From positions 1 through 54,832 of the forward strand of contig JAHBMJ010000159.1 of NCBI GenBank assembly GCA_018398765.1: 54,832 nt of DNA, given 5' to 3'. Below are positions 40,753-54,832 of the stretch, in pieces. Below the pieces are notes generated by a model, which searched no databases, had not been told where the DNA came from, and saw only the letters and a list, made by a program, of their open reading frames with translations. A program made the position numbers and the translations under genes. Numbering within the stretch: position 1 is the first letter of the stretch; each line of letters opens with the position of its first letter. The DNA comes from Chromera velia. Its lineage: Eukaryota.

Positions 40753-43700
40753 ATGGGGCTGGCGGTTGTGCTGTCTCTTCTCATTTCTGCGTTGTCCCCT
40801 GCCTGTTCCCTCGCTTTTCTGCTGCCCCCGAGTCGCTTGAAAGAGAGAGGGTGGTTCAGGTGGGCAGGTAGGTCCTGGAGGGTGAGGTGCAGCCTGAGGC
40901 GGCATCTGCTGCTGGCTGCTCGGCAGGCCGAACATGTTCCCCCCCCCCCTCCCCCGATCGAAGAAGACCTGAACGAAGGACCATCAGGGGATAGAGGGCC
41001 TTTAAGAGAGCCCTCTTTGGGGTTTGGGGTGAGGGAGTCAGGTTCTCTGCAGTCGGGGGAGGGCGAGTCGGGGGCTCTAGGGAGACGTGAGAGGGGAGGG
41101 GAAATCCCACAGGCCTCGCGAAGGCGCACCCCTGTCGATACTGCGATGAGGAATGGGGGGGCAGTGAATTTTCTTCATCTGTTGGCAGAACAGCTTGACA
41201 CGCACTTCGGAGCAACGGAGAGCAAGCGGGAGAGGGTGGAGGTGGTGTTGAAGACCGCAGCAGAACTCCGCCGAAGGTTGACCGAAGGAGGGCGCCCCCC
41301 CACCTTAAGTCCTTCTTTGGAGTCCCTCCTTCAGTCGCTGGTCTCCCGTCTCTGCTCCCAGGTACTGCCGCTTGACGAGAGAGAACTGAAGGAGTCCGAT
41401 CTTTTCCCATTGGCTCTACGTGTGTTGGCAGAGATCACTCAAATTTTGAGGCTGTTGCCTAAAGTGGGGGGAGCACAGGCGGGCCCCCTGTGGGAACTGC
41501 TCATCGAGGCTGAGAGATCTCTTCACTCGCCCTCTTCTCCGTCACTCGATCAGGCTCTTTCCGAGGTGTATAGTGAGCTGGACCTTCCAACGATCGTGTG
41601 TGTGTTGAAGACTTGGAACAGCCTGTACTGCAACAAAGAAGTAACGGAGGCGCTCCTCGCGTCCTCCAAAGAAAGAGAGAGGGGGGGTCTGGCGAAAATC
41701 GCGGCCTTTATGCCTGAGGCCCGCGGAAAGTGGGTGAACCTCCTCTTGTCAGCAACGGCTGACCGTTTGGCGACTTGTGTCACGACTGAGCGTGACAGGA
41801 GAGAAAGGCTGAGAAAGGACAGAGGATCTGAAGGAGAGGACTCTGAGTCGCTCTCTCTTCCTCCTCGAATGGAGACCGAAGAGTTCATGTCGATTCGCGA
41901 AGACCCGTCGAAGGTCTTCCTTCCTCATTTGGTGGAAACAGACGACGACAGTCTCTTTCTTATGCTCTCATTCATGACCCTCGCTCTTCAAAAAACAAAA
42001 GAAAAAAAGGAATTCAAACATCGCAACTCTACCTCCTTCCCATTTCTGTCTATTGATGATTTAGATCGCGAGACACTGAAGCTGGTCGGTCTAACATCAG
42101 TAGAGGTCATCGCAATGAGACAAGAGGCTGCAGGTAAGTATTCGTCATCTTGTGGAGTCTCTCCGCCCATTTTCATGGCTTGCTTGTCTTCACTTCGACT
42201 GCTGAGCTTCTGTTCCTTCCCTCCGCCGTGGGAAAAAGAGCGCACCCCCGCTCTTGTATTGAATGTCTGTCTTCTCACCACGGCTGTGTTGAATATGATG
42301 ATGTTGAAGTTGAAGAAAACGGACTGCGGGTCTGTTTATTTCATGGCCACGCGCCTCTTCCAGGGCCTTTTTGATGCCCACATTTTGAGAAGGAATGTGC
42401 CGGAGGGGTCCGACGGGCCCTTGGGCGCCGCCAGGCTGCTGTTCAGATCTGCGTGTGCCCGTCTGGCTGGGGACCCGAGGTGGATTGCTTTGAGTTCCAA
42501 TTCTCGTGGAGGGAAGAAGAAGGAGGTAGAGAGGGACCTGAGGAAGGCAGTCGGGGTGTTGTGGCAATTTGAAGAGAAGAATCAGGGTGAACAGTTTCCT
42601 GAAGTTGCCGCTGTTTTTTCTGCCCTGGATACGCGCCGCCCGATACAGGTGGAATTGGAGAAGGGGGTTCAAAACAAACGAAAAGAGTTGATTGAGAGGA
42701 TTGGGAACTTGTCACTTGAAGAGTTGGCGAGAGAATTTGCGCCGCGTGTTGTGAACTCTGTTGCACGAGAGCGGTTTGAAGGGAGACGGGAGATTTACAG
42801 AAGGGAAGGATTGTGGGCGATTTCGGCGTTGGTAGTTCGTTTGGGGCAATTGTTTAGAGAGTCCATGATTGGCACCAGGGGGGAGGAGTTAGAGACGACT
42901 GCAGAGGGACTTCCTCTGATTCATCCCTTGGCAAGGTTTCCAGATTTATGGTCGTTGTTGCGTGAATTCTTTTCGTTGTTTGAGGAATTTGGGGCCGATG
43001 AATCGAAGGAAGAGAGGGCGAACTTTTTAGACCTTCAAAATTGCTGTCAAACAATACAGGCGTTGGGCAGGTTATTCGTCACCGTCCCTTCGGCGTCGGG
43101 AAGAGTCGAGTCATGGGTGTCCGTGTCAGGAGGTCCAGAGATGCAAAAGGCGCAAGATGAATGCCTGAAAGTTTGCAGAAGAAAAGTTCTATTAGGATTG
43201 CGCTCTGGTGAGCTGCAGAGTGTGGGCCTGGGTGCGGTGTTAGACGGAATGGTCAAAATGGGGATTCTGTGGACGGTCAGCCGGTCCGGGATGTCTGTCT
43301 CTGCTGCGTTTGTATGGTGTCTCGGTTTGACGTTGTGTTTGTTCTTGCGTTTGCATGCACGGAGAGCCGATCTGCTTTGCCCAAACGGTTTTTCACGTCT
43401 GAGCGCACATTGTCGGCAAAGGTTTTGCTGAAATGGTTTCTGTTTTCTGTCATTCAGATGAACACACACGTGAATACACACACCTGCAGACAGCAAAGAA
43501 GAAAGAATATAGAAATTTGCCAAAGAATCAAACGATCGTCTCCTGTCTGCCTGCATATGCACGAATGAATTTACCTCTCCGCTGACTGATGCACTTCCCA
43601 TTGAGTCACCCACCAGGCTTCCATGCATTTGGTTTCTTCTTTCTTTCTTTCTTTCTTTTTTTCTTTCTTTTTTTCTTTCTTTCTTTCTTTTCTTTTTTTC

Positions 43701-43779
43701 TTTCTTTCTTTCTTTTCTTTCTTTCTTTTTTTCTTTCTTTCTTTCTTTCTTTCGTTCTTTTTTTCTTTCTTTCTTTCTC

Positions 43780-43815
<36 letters not shown>

Positions 43816-43980
43816 TTCTTTCTTTCTTTCTCTCTTTCTTTTCTTTCTTTCTTTCTCTCTTTCTTTTCTTTCTCTCTTTCTCTCTTTCTCTCTTTCTTTC
43901 TTTCTCTCTTTCTTTTCTTTCTTTCTTTCTTTCTTTCTTTCTCTCTTTCTTTCTCTCTTTCTTTTCTTTCTTTCTTTCTT

Positions 43981-44025
<45 letters not shown>

Positions 44026-44038
44026 CTCTTTCTTTCTT

Positions 44039-44083
<45 letters not shown>

Positions 44084-44108
44084 CTTTGTTTCTTTCTTTC
44101 TTTGTTTC

Positions 44109-44153
<45 letters not shown>

Positions 44154-44295
44154 CTCTTTCTTTTTTTCTTTCTTTCTCTCTTTCTTTCTTTCTCTCTTTC
44201 TTTTTTTCTTTCTTTCTCTCTTTCTCTCTTCCTTTCTTTCTTTCTTTCTTTCTTTCTCTCTTTCTTTTTTTCTTTCTTTCTCTCTTTCTCTCTTC

Positions 44296-44365
<70 letters not shown>

Positions 44366-44366
44366 C

Positions 44367-44401
<35 letters not shown>

Positions 44402-44418
44402 CTCTTTCTTCCTTTCTC

Positions 44419-44450
<32 letters not shown>

Positions 44451-44470
44451 TCGTTCTTTCTTTCGTTCGT

Positions 44471-44501
<31 letters not shown>

Positions 44502-45327
44502 GTCTTTCTGTTTTTCTTTCTTTCGTTCTTCCTTCCTTCCTTCCTTCCTTCTTTCTGTCTGTGTTTCTGTCTGTCTTTCCTTCTTTTTTCCTTTCTTTCT
44601 CTTTCTCTTTCTCTCTCTCTGTCCCTCGCTTCGTTCTCTCGGAATGGGCGCATGAATGCAGGAAGAGGAGCAAGATGCCCTCGAGGGCTACCTTCTCAGA
44701 GACAACGCGAAGAACCTCAAGGAGTACTATCGCGACCCTGCCACTTTTTGCACACTAGTGCAGTTGCTAGAAAGGACAAAGGGGCTCACCCGTGCAGTCA
44801 TGAAGGAAATAGACAACGGGGACGTCCTCTCACCTGAATCGTCCGTCAGCCTTCCTGCATGTCCCGAGTCTGTCTGCATGTCTGCCTCTCTCTGTTCGTC
44901 GAGCTGGCCCGGTGGTTTTTTTTGTCAGGAGACGAAAAAGGAGTGGGAGACGGATCGATGGAAAAGAGAAAGCAAGAAGAGTTAAAAACAATGCAGGGGG
45001 GTCCGTCTGAGTACACGCGGAGAGAGATACGGCAACGGAGAGATGCAGCCCATGTTTGTTTCCTGTTTTCTCTTCGGCCTGAAATTTTGTACCCTCCCCT
45101 CTTTTCAGCCCTATGGGGCCTTGACAGCATTTCCTGCTGTATGTATGACACATCATGCATTATGCAGACTTCAATCTGCACAGTTCTCTCTACATCTGTG
45201 TGTCCACGCAGACTGCCGGCGATTCCCCAGAGGGATTTCCAGCGACTGTGTAGCACTCTGGCCGAGATTAGCCGTGGTGGGAGATTTTCCTGGAACGTTC
45301 GGTATGAAATTGCCGCAAGGTCGGTCC

Positions 45328-45362
<35 letters not shown>

Positions 45363-48204
45363 TTGCCAATTTGAATCTTCTTTAGTTGTCGAAGAGTACG
45401 TTTTCAATTTTCAGTTCCCTCAGTTTGGCTTTCCGGCAGGTTTGTCTGTCTCTCTAATGAATTTAAGCAGCGAGGCAGAGAAGAGAATAGGACTCAATGT
45501 TCCCCCTATATCACTCCTCCCCTGTGCGCATACATGCCCTGTTAAGACTTTGCTCACATTCGAAGCAGACCATGGATCGATCGTTGAAGTTTCCCTTTAT
45601 TCTTCCCTCCCACTTGCGTTCCCTTCCTGGCCTGCCGTTCTCCCTCCGTGCCCAATTCTTCACGGACTCCCCCTGTCCGTGCGTCTGATTGCGTTTCCTT
45701 TTCTCTTTGTGTCACTCCCTCAAATTCCTTTTTTTCTCTTGGATTGATTCATCGACTGATGAATTGATTCCCCGTCCCTGCATGGCTGTCTCTTTTTGGA
45801 CCTCTGTGAATACGTTCCTTCAGGCTTGAACAGGGTCAACTAGATTCTTTTCGTTCCGTCGTGGCGGCTCTTGCTTTTCTCCGAAGAGGACCGGACAGCA
45901 TGAGAAGTCTCGAAGAAACGGCAGAACTGGTAGAAGATCTCCGTGCGGAACTCCAAAAACAAATTCCTGACCTCTCCGGAGTGGAACTTGCCGGGTTGGG
46001 CAGGATGCTCGAGAGGCTCCACATCGCAGATGAAAAAACACTGAACGTGTTCGCACAAGCTTGTCAGTAAGTGCATGGGGCATGGGGCGTGAACGAATCA
46101 TCTGAGAACACACAAGCGCTGAATGGTATGTTTGGGTGATTCAGGAAGAAGGAAGCTTGAGTTGGTGATGAGAACGGTGCGGAGGTCAGCTGGAGTCACA
46201 GGAGCAGGATGAAGTGCGTGCAGCCTGATCACTGTCTTCTCTTCTTTTCGTCTGTCTTGCTTTTTGAATGCCGAACGCGGTTTTCAGCTAGACGAATCCT
46301 CTGCCCATCGTTGGAAAAACGAAATTTGGATTTAATCACGTGGTGATTGGTTAAGAATCGGGATGAGACCATCAGCACTTCGCTCTGAGAGTGTCTGTTC
46401 CTTTTTTCTCGCTCCCTTTTTTCGCTCGATCTCTGCAGTTGCGCAGAAGATGAGTGAAGTGAAGAGTGGCGCCACGATAAGGCGCCTGTCTGCCTGGCTG
46501 AAGGAAATCCAGTCGGGTTCTTTGCGTCTGATGACGGACTGTCTGTACGAGAGGGAGGGCCTCGGGTGGCTCCGGTTTCTCCTTTCGGCCTCTTCCTCTG
46601 AAGTCACAGACCTCACAGGACTGCCTGTCGTTCTCTTTCATGACTTGGCTTTCATAGGCCGACTTTGCGACCGTGCAACTTTGACGGTAGAGAAGGGAGA
46701 CCTTGAAGAGGCCCCAGAACTTGTGCGGCAGTTGTATGAAAAACTTGTGGCAATGGTTGGAGAAGCTGGAGTTGGCACAGAGGGGGGAGTCAGATTTTCA
46801 GCAGAGAAGGCGCGGAGGGAGCTGGAACTGTCTGCTCAGAGACTGGGGAGGGAGCAGGAGCTCTTTTGGGCCTCTAGAAGATCTGCCGCTGCTGGATTGG
46901 AAGCCCCTGAAAGGGAAGAAGTGGAGGGAAGGCAACTGAAAGCGCTTGCTCTTCGTGAAATTTCACTTCCACTTCTGTCGTTTCTCCGCGCGTGTGAAGG
47001 GAAATCAAACATTCGCAAAAGCATGTCAGTCAGTCAGTCCCACTGGACATACGATGACTGACTGATTGATTCACATGGCCATCGCTTGACAGAGAGACAA
47101 ATGCAAGGCTTCCTCGTGAAACATGTACCACAGGAGGCATGTGTCCACTGTCCGTTTTCTCCTCCCAAGAAAAACACCAACGGACGGAGCTGTCCACTAT
47201 TCGCATCAGTTCCCCTCACCGTTGCTCTCCCCAGCTTTTCTCCATTCACTCCCCTCCCCTCTCTGTTCGTGAAAACACAAAGTCAGGGAGGAAGAAAAGA
47301 TGCCATTCTCACTTCCCCCTCTCATGGCGGGGTGGATCTTCGTGTCTCTCCCTGTATTTTTTGTCGTTGGTTTGCTGTTTGTCAAACATCTTCTTTGTGT
47401 CTCTTTCTGTCTTGCAGCCATCCCTTTTTATACCCCCTGATTCATGACCTCTCGGCCTTCATTATCGATCTGGACGGAGAGGAGGTGCGTGGCGCCTGGG
47501 AGGGGGAGGGGGGGGCAGATGAAGGGGGGGAGGGAAAGGGGGGAACAGAGAAGGAGAAGAAGAGCGTTGCCTTCTGTTTGACCACGGTGGATGCGAAGCG
47601 TTTTGTTGAGAGGGCTTCTAAGGTTGGCGCTTTGAGTCCGGACTTGGTGTTGAAATTATATGTTTGGGGTCAGAGGAGGGCAGAAGAAGTGGTACAGCGA
47701 GCGGGTGGGACGAATTTGGAGGATGCAGCGGGTTTGGCTTTTTTTGACGCGGTGCTTGCTCAGCATTCGCGTGCGTCAGTCAGAAAGCAGCAGAGTTTGA
47801 AGGACAAGAATTCTGCCAGTGAAGATGAGTTGGAGGAGGATGAGGACTTTGAAGAGAATTTCAGTGCTTTGGAAGGGGAGGACGTTTCTTCTTCCTTTGA
47901 GGAGATGGAAAGCGACACGCTGGTGTCGTCTGGTACTAGGGAGCAGGAAACGGAGTGGGAGGATGTAAGGCGAAGATTTGGAACACTCGCTCTTCCTCTT
48001 CGGCCACTGCTTTTCGACGCCTCCTCTGGCGTTGCTGCAGATGAAAATAGATTGGTCAGTTTCCGCTTAATTCTTCCTTGCTATTTTCTCTGTCCGCGTG
48101 GGTCTGTCTGCAGGTGAACATTTGCTTTTACGCATCGATTTTTTAGACGCTGGCCAGTCTGTTTTATCTCTGCTTGATCTGTCAAGAATTTGCAATGTGT
48201 CCTT

Positions 48205-48242
<38 letters not shown>

Positions 48243-48246
48243 TGTG

Positions 48247-48277
<31 letters not shown>

Positions 48278-51200
48278 CTGTGATGGTGTGTGTGGGGGGG
48301 AGGGGGGGTGCGTGCGTTGATTGGTGTTGTCAATGCCGAGTCACCTTTGTTCTCCCGTATCTCCGCAAAATTCCGTCCGCTTGGCATTGACTTACTTACG
48401 TGTATGCATTCTCTTCTTCTCAAAAATGCATGCAGGGGCAACTTCGAGCCCTAAGGGCGCTAGACCTTTTGTTTCCTCTCTTCTTGGAAAGGGAAGCCGC
48501 CAACTCCAAAGAAACCTCCCAAACAATGGGGAAAGGAAAAACGAGAGGACGGCCCCGAAAGTCAAGTTCACGCTCGGAGCCCGCACCCTCAGCAGGGTGT
48601 TTCTATTCGACCGCCACGGGAGCGCTGTCACTGTCGACTGTTCAGGGTCTCCTGAAGGCGGCTCTGCGGTTGACAACCCAAGATGGGGGGATGCCGAGAA
48701 GGAACGCGAATGGGGGTTTTGAGGGAGTGTCGCGTTTCCATACAGTAGGGAGGGGCCTTGCTCTCCTTTTCTTGGCATCTTCCCTTCAGTCTGCGGGTAC
48801 TTCTTCAGATCCACTGGAAGAAACTCTGGTGGACACCTGGGTTGATGCAGCGAAGGAGAGAAAGAAGATAGCAGGTAGGTAAGTAGGGGGGAGAGAGGGC
48901 AGTGAGTGGACGGGGAGGGAGGGGCAGGCCTGGGCCCTTCCATGAAGTCAGTTTTGGAATTGCTCCCCCATTAACTTAATTGTCTGCTCTCCCCATGCAC
49001 CCACTCGATTCGCCTATGCGTGAAAGAGAATATTGCTCAACGGTCAGGCAGAGAGAAGAGAGAGAAAAGGGGGTATGTTGAGAGCATCGGGGGAGGAGCA
49101 ATGAAGAAAAGCTGGACAGCTGGACAGAAAAAAAAAAAGAAAGCCCTGAGGGGACCCTTTACCCTCCCCCACTTCCTCCCTCCCTCCCTTCCAGATTCCT
49201 CTCTGTCGCGATGCATGCATGCATGCAGACTCTCGCGGTCTGCCTCTTCACCAGGCGCAAATTCAGCGGTCCTCAGGACACCAATTTCTTTCCTCACTGC
49301 TTGACCTGGCACGCAGAAGTGAGACCATCGCAGGGATAGCCTCGTCCTTCCTGGAGGTGCGCGTGGTAACGTTCGCTTCTTTCTGTGCGTGCGGTTTGGT
49401 TTTGTGAGTTTGTTTCTCTGCTCTTCTGTCGGAATTGTTTGCGTTGTCTTTTGGACCCCTACAGTCTCATGTATCTCTCAACTCTCTCTGTGCATCCGTT
49501 TTTATTAATATTTCTACCTTCCTTCCAGCTTCTGGTCCTGAATCCTTTCTTCACCTCTCGCGTCCCCTAGGCCGCCTTGTGCTTCCGTCTGTGTTCGTGT
49601 GAAGGTTTGGTGCACTTCCTTCCTTCCTTCCTTCGATCCTTCAGAGTCCGATGATCCGATCCGGTTCATGCAGGCCTGCAGGTCTTTGAAGTATCTGCCC
49701 CCCTGTGCTTCTCTTCTCACACACACCCAGGGATGGAAAGCAGAAGAAAAATGTACAGGCTGCCATCACTCCAGTAGACCTGGTTGTCTTCTTTGTTTCC
49801 TGCAGTTGTTCCTCCTCATCTTTCCTCAAGTCATCTGCGCTTCTCTTGTCGGTTTCTTTTTGGTTGTTTTTCTTCCTGTGTTCTTTTTGGATTGAACGGC
49901 TTTCGACACATTGTTGTGTGTGTGTGTGTGTGTGTGTGTGCAGAAATTGACAATCAGGCTGGAAAACCTCGGGAGAGCGGGAGAGACAATGGAGAAGGAT
50001 CGAATCGACAGCACAGAGATACTCCAACTGGCGTTCTCTCTCAGTTCTAAGTGCGTCTCTCTCCCCCCCTCCCTTTTTGTTTGCGCGCGCGCGCGCGTGT
50101 GTGTGTGTGTGCATGTGCGTGTGGTGTGTGTAAGAGAGTGAATGAGTGACCCCTTCCGCAGCTCTTGATTCCATCAGGTTGCAATGTTACCTGCTTTGCT
50201 AGTTTCGCACAACGACGTCAGAAAGGAAGGAAGCTCCAGGAGGAGGGTCGCGTTGAATGCCTCAGGGGTCATTCTGTCGTGTTTTTGTTTCAGGGAGGGG
50301 GGCGTTTCTTGATTTGTTCGGACTGCTTATCAACAGCACACGTCTTTCTAAGCAGGTGCAGTCCTTTTCGTGTCTCGATATCTTTTTCTCTTTTGCGTTT
50401 CTTTTTCAGGAAACTCCACACACTCTTCCCAGGGAATGCAGAGAGGCTGCATACGCGCTGTGTGAATCTCGTGGCCACAGCCGCCCTTGGAGAGCTGAGG
50501 GATATGCAAAGAATTCGAAAGGAAGCCCAGGAGGAACTTGGGGACTTCTCTTCTTCTTCTGCTGCTGCTGCTGCTGACACACTGGAGCTGGATGCCGTCT
50601 CACCGCGAGTGAGAGAGTTGGTCTTGATGAAGGCCCTCAGACTCGTGTCTGCGTTGAGAAGCCTGGAGTCCTTGCGGGTCCGTCGCGGTGTCACTCACTC
50701 ACTTACTGTTAGAGAGGAAGCTCGAAGGAATGCTTGATCGAGGGGAATGAACACAGGTAGGCAGGCAGATAACGAATGCGGGAGAAATCAAGGAGACGGC
50801 CGATCTGATCGATCGATTCTTTCTTTTGGTGGATGAGGGCGGACTCGAAATCTCTCTCCCCCCCTCTGCATCCTTTGGTTTCCTCCAGTTCGTCCAGTTG
50901 ATGCCTTCCTTCCTTTCTCATGGAAACAAACGCTTCCTTCCTTCTTGTGTCTGTCGTTTTTGGTGGAGCCTTGTCTGTCAACATTCCCTCATGATGTCTT
51001 CCAGTTCTTTGTCTGTCTGACGGGCGTCTCCTCCCTTTTCTCAATGAGGAGGGAGTCTCGATCGATCAGATGGAAATGCAGAGTGAGTGTGTCTGCCTGT
51101 GTGCGTGCGTCACGGTGCCTTCAGGTCTGTTGGACCCCTTTCACCAGGGAGGCGCTCACAGAGCTCTCCTCTCTCCCGACCGTCCTGCTCCGAAAGGGAA

Positions 51201-54200
51201 GGGAGGTCCTGAGGTCTCTTTGTGACTACACACGGGCAGTGCAAGCAGGAGTCACGGACGGTAAGCAGGTCGAGTAAGATCGAAGACGAAAAAGGGCAGC
51301 AAAGGAAACAGATGAAAAACCGTTTGCGCGAAAAATGTGAAAGCGAGCCATTCTTTACAGCGTCTTCAAATTTCTTCAAGGTAGACTAGCATCACTGTTT
51401 GTGGTGTTGCGTGTACTGTGTTGAATCAGTTGATATGCTTTGCGCAGTGAGTGCTCTTCCCTCCCATTCCTATTTATTCTCGCAGGTCTCGGTCCCACAG
51501 TTGTGCCTTGTCCTCACTTGAATACTTTCTTCCTTCTTTCGTTTTTCGCAATGGAGCCCCCCCGTTTTCTTTCTATCAATTAATTGTTTTCTATGAGTCT
51601 GCCGACATCTCTCTCTGGCCCTTTGCAGATGTAGAGAGTGGAGACCAGGAGGATTCAGTGGGAATGCGTTTTTTGGCATGGTTGACTCCTCTGCTGATTG
51701 CCAGCGTGAGAAAAACTCTGTTGATGCTCGGAAGGGGGACGTCTGAGCGGATGAGGAACCTGAGGGGAGTTCAGGCAGATCTAGTGAATCGTGCGAGGCC
51801 GATGTCTCCCTTTCTTGCCCGGGAGTGCGTGGTGTCTCTGGCTGGTCTTGGGATCGTCTCGGGGACTTTACACTCGAATTTGGTTTCGTTGATTCGTGAG
51901 AATGCTCACGATGGTCTCGAGGGGTGGAGGGATCTCCGACTTTCTCCGTCTTTTCTTGGAGCTGCAGAGGAAATGTTAGAGACAAATGCACGATCACCAA
52001 TGCCTCCCAGGATCTCTGAGGAAGATACGCATTCAACCACCACCTCTTCCTCTCTGTACACGCGTCGGGCTCTCGACCTCTTTGGGTTGGATGACAGAGA
52101 AGACCTTGAGTCAACCGCGTGAGTCATTTTCCATGATGGCAGCCTGGCGGTGAATTCATGCATGCACATCATGACTGACAGCCTCACACAATCTTGAAGA
52201 TTGCATGCAGCAGCCAAAGCTTTGGTCGGATTGGGACACCACAAAGACAGACACTTAGAAACCCGCAAAGCGCCAATCTGATACGCTCATACATTGAGTC
52301 ATGTTCTTATCAATCTGAGCAGACTCTCACTCACTCCTCCTCGCTCTCCAGCCGACCTACCCCGACGTGCCCTCACAGAAAGGCAGATGCAACCCCTCAC
52401 AACATAATATAATGCTCAGGCAGTGCACCAGATAAAGCATCTTCCTGGTGAGAAGAAAGGGGAATCAAAGAAGCAAGAAAGGAAGGAAGAGGAATGAGTC
52501 ATAGGGGTTTTAAAAGGGCCAATTGAGATTTGTAAGACTCAATGAGAGAGAGCTCAGATATCCCGGAAAGACTTTCATACGACAAGAGCAGACTTGAACA
52601 GAATGCTTGAAACCGCCAGGCAGGCAGAAGCCCTTTAGTACGCTAAGTCGAAGGGTCTTCTTGTGCGGAGCCTGTCAGTGATCTCTCCTCTTCATTTCTT
52701 GCACTCACTCCTCTCCCTTTTCTGCCCCTCGTTTTGATTCTGATCACCTGCAGGGCACCAGGAGGAGGAGAAAAGGCAGACGGCCGAGCTGCTGCTGAGT
52801 CTGCTGCCTTTTTAGCGTCTCCAGCTGCAGAGAAGCTCGCTCGCCTGGTGCTTGACCAAATAGGCCACCATCGTCTGAGAGGTCTGAGGGCGATGGAGGA
52901 GACCTGCACTCCTGACGGAGACCAGTTGCCGATAGACCTCGCTGCCATTCGGTCAAAAAAGAGGGCGAGAAGCGAGCCTACAGATACACAGACAGCAGAA
53001 GACGAGGAGAGAGAGGGTGTGGAGGAGGACCAGTGGGCCATTCTCTTCGAGGCCCCGGGAGACACCCTGCGTGTGATAGACACGCCACTTCCCCTTCCGT
53101 TAGGACAGGAGGGGGGGGATGCCGCTGGGGCTTCAGGAGAGAAGCCGAGGAGGGGTAGTGCAGGGGAATTAGAGCGGGAGCAAGTCACTGACAGAAGCCC
53201 CGCGTTTGCGCTGCTCCCAGTGACTCAGGAGAGTGCCGGGGCTCTTGAGGGCGATTCCGGGGCCCGGGGGGCTGAGGACCAAAACGTTGGGGTAGAGGAA
53301 GAGCCCGAGTCTGTTGTGGAAATTCCGAGGCTGGAATTTCTTCTTCGGCAACGGTCAGAGGGCAAGGGGGAGGTAGGCAGTAAGTCAGTGCAACGAATGA
53401 ATGAATGAAGGCAGGAATGAATGAATGAATAAATGAAGGCAGGAATGAATGAATGAATAAATGAATGCAGGAATGAATGAATGAATGAATGAATGAAGGC
53501 AGGAATGAATGAATGAATAAATGAAGGCAGGAATGAATGAATGAATGAAGGCAGGAATGAATGAATGAATAAATGAAGGAAGGAAGTGACAAAGGGCCTT
53601 TCCTGGTTTGGGCTTGTGGGGAGGCAGGGAGGCCTTGGAAGGTTGGGAGTCAGAGAGAACTCTCTGAGCTCGGCATTGGGAGCATTGACGGGACATCATC
53701 ATGTTATTTGCTTGCGGGATGGATGTTTGAATTGATTGAACCGGAGTGTCAGAGAGATGTCACGGACGATGAAATCAATTCGTTCCCTCTCACGCAGAAA
53801 GAAAGAAAGATGCAGGAAGATATTTGGGTAATAACCTGCAGGCTTCTGAATTCTTACAACAGAGGCGTCTCTCTCTCTCTCTCTCTTTTAATCTGTCTAT
53901 CTACTGTACGTATGCATTCCTGATTCACCGTCTCCCTCCCCATCTGCGCACTTTCTTTTCGCCATGCCTTTTGCAGTGACTGCTGCGAGGGCTGATCGAA
54001 AATTGGAGCGTCTCGTCGTGTCGGACATAGGTTGTCTGTTTGTTTGTTTGTTTGTTTGTTTGGATTGATGTTGCAGTTTCTTTCAACACCGGCCCCCTCG
54101 GTTGGTTCCTCTCTTCTGTTCTCTTCTGTTCTGTTCTGAGCCTGCAGGCGCCTGGAGAGACGAGGATGGACAGTGGTGACAGTGCCTTTTTCAAGTGAGG

Positions 54201-54409
54201 AGGCGGCTGCGTGGCGTGCCTACATAGCGAAAAAGAGAAAGAAACAAGAAAGGTTGGAGGATGCAGGAGCAGCCAGCAGCAAAGTCGAGCCACCGAAGAA
54301 ACCAACTAAAAGGGCGCCGGTAAAATTGAAAGGACGAACCACAGGCAGTGGTGTAAAGAAGTCCCTGAAGCCACAAACTTCTCGTAAAGAAAAACAAACA
54401 GAAGCGTAA
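40753..54409 (+). CDS. Very large multi-exon helical protein with signal + transit-like leader and possible C-terminal RAP-like domain; internal exon model unresolved
   Basis: First exon ~40753-43275 starts MGLAVVLSLLISALSPACSLA-FLLPPSRLKERGWFRW. Further coding exons lie near 44662, 45200, 45830, 46440, 47480, 48435, 50410, 51125, 51630, 52755 and 54150. C-terminal LPIDLAAI..WAILFEAP..TVVTVPFS..W. No GC box or intergenic island lies within. Confidence 0.6.
43632..44622. repeat. ~1-kb (TTTC)n pyrimidine microsatellite in intron
   Basis: Visible tandem array. Confidence 0.97.
53395..53585. repeat. (GAAT)n-based minisatellite with GAAGGCAG spacers
   Basis: gaatgaatgaatgaa(taaatgaa)ggcag repeated about 6 times. 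Confidence 0.9.
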
Positions 54410-54767
54410 AGACATCAGTTGGCAACTGCGTGTACAGTTAAAGGGATTTGCAAATGTTATAGCAGATGTTTGTGATGATTAGGTCTGTTTGCGATCTAGT
54501 TTGCGATAAATCATGCGATGTTTAATGTACATATGATCTGAAGCGAACTAGAATGGTCCAGTCAAGGATATCAGTCTAGTCACTTACACGGTTCTCTATA
54601 CAGGAATAATAATACAAGATGTTTGTCCGGCTTCTGCTCTCATCAATCGAGAGTTGTTCCATCGAATCACCCTGAGTGTTTCACTAAACAACTTCACAAC
54701 ATGGATTGATGCATACATTTTCTCCGTAATGTCTCAAGCCCCGCCATACCGATAGGCAATGCAGCAG

Positions 54768-54812
54768 CACGGGACCGGCCAAGACGGGCCGACCAATGCA
54801 CGCCCGCCTCCT
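54768..54812. promoter_or_regulatory. Weaker GC-rich box, possibly the promoter of the next gene
   Basis: gggaccggccaagacgggccgacc..cgcccgcc after the 3' AT-rich stretch. Confidence 0.3.
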
Positions 54813-54832
54813 CTCTATAAGTGGCTGTGTTA

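Noticed and set aside
43571..44837. 355-404 aa F/L/S or K/E/R ORFs
   Set aside because: Microsatellite artefacts in an intron.

Overview
Eukaryotic, intron-rich genomic DNA, most consistent with a chromerid/alveolate such as Chromera. This is an inference from an alveolate-type TGH MAP kinase, abundant TGCATGCA motifs and a bipartite plastid-type leader. In order, the window holds: (1) a 5'-truncated, stop-interrupted Penelope-like reverse transcriptase bracketed by repeated hairpin+(TCTG)n units; (2) a partly decayed minus-strand gene for a secreted protein built from five exon-encoded Cys-rich modules; (3) a 4-exon GTP-dependent PEPCK; (4) a zinc finger/lipase-like gene; (5) an intronless zf-PARP protein fused to a bacterial-like DHCF domain, divergent from (6) prefoldin subunit 2; (7) a 9-exon alveolate MAPK2-type kinase; (8) an intronless double-HNH endonuclease with a mitochondrial-like presequence, divergent from (9) a very large, probably plastid-targeted helical/RAP-like gene. 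Short GC-rich boxes mark gene starts, TA-rich islands sit between genes, and kb-scale pyrimidine microsatellites fill two introns. All exon models were built by hand from GT-AG junctions and frame continuity.
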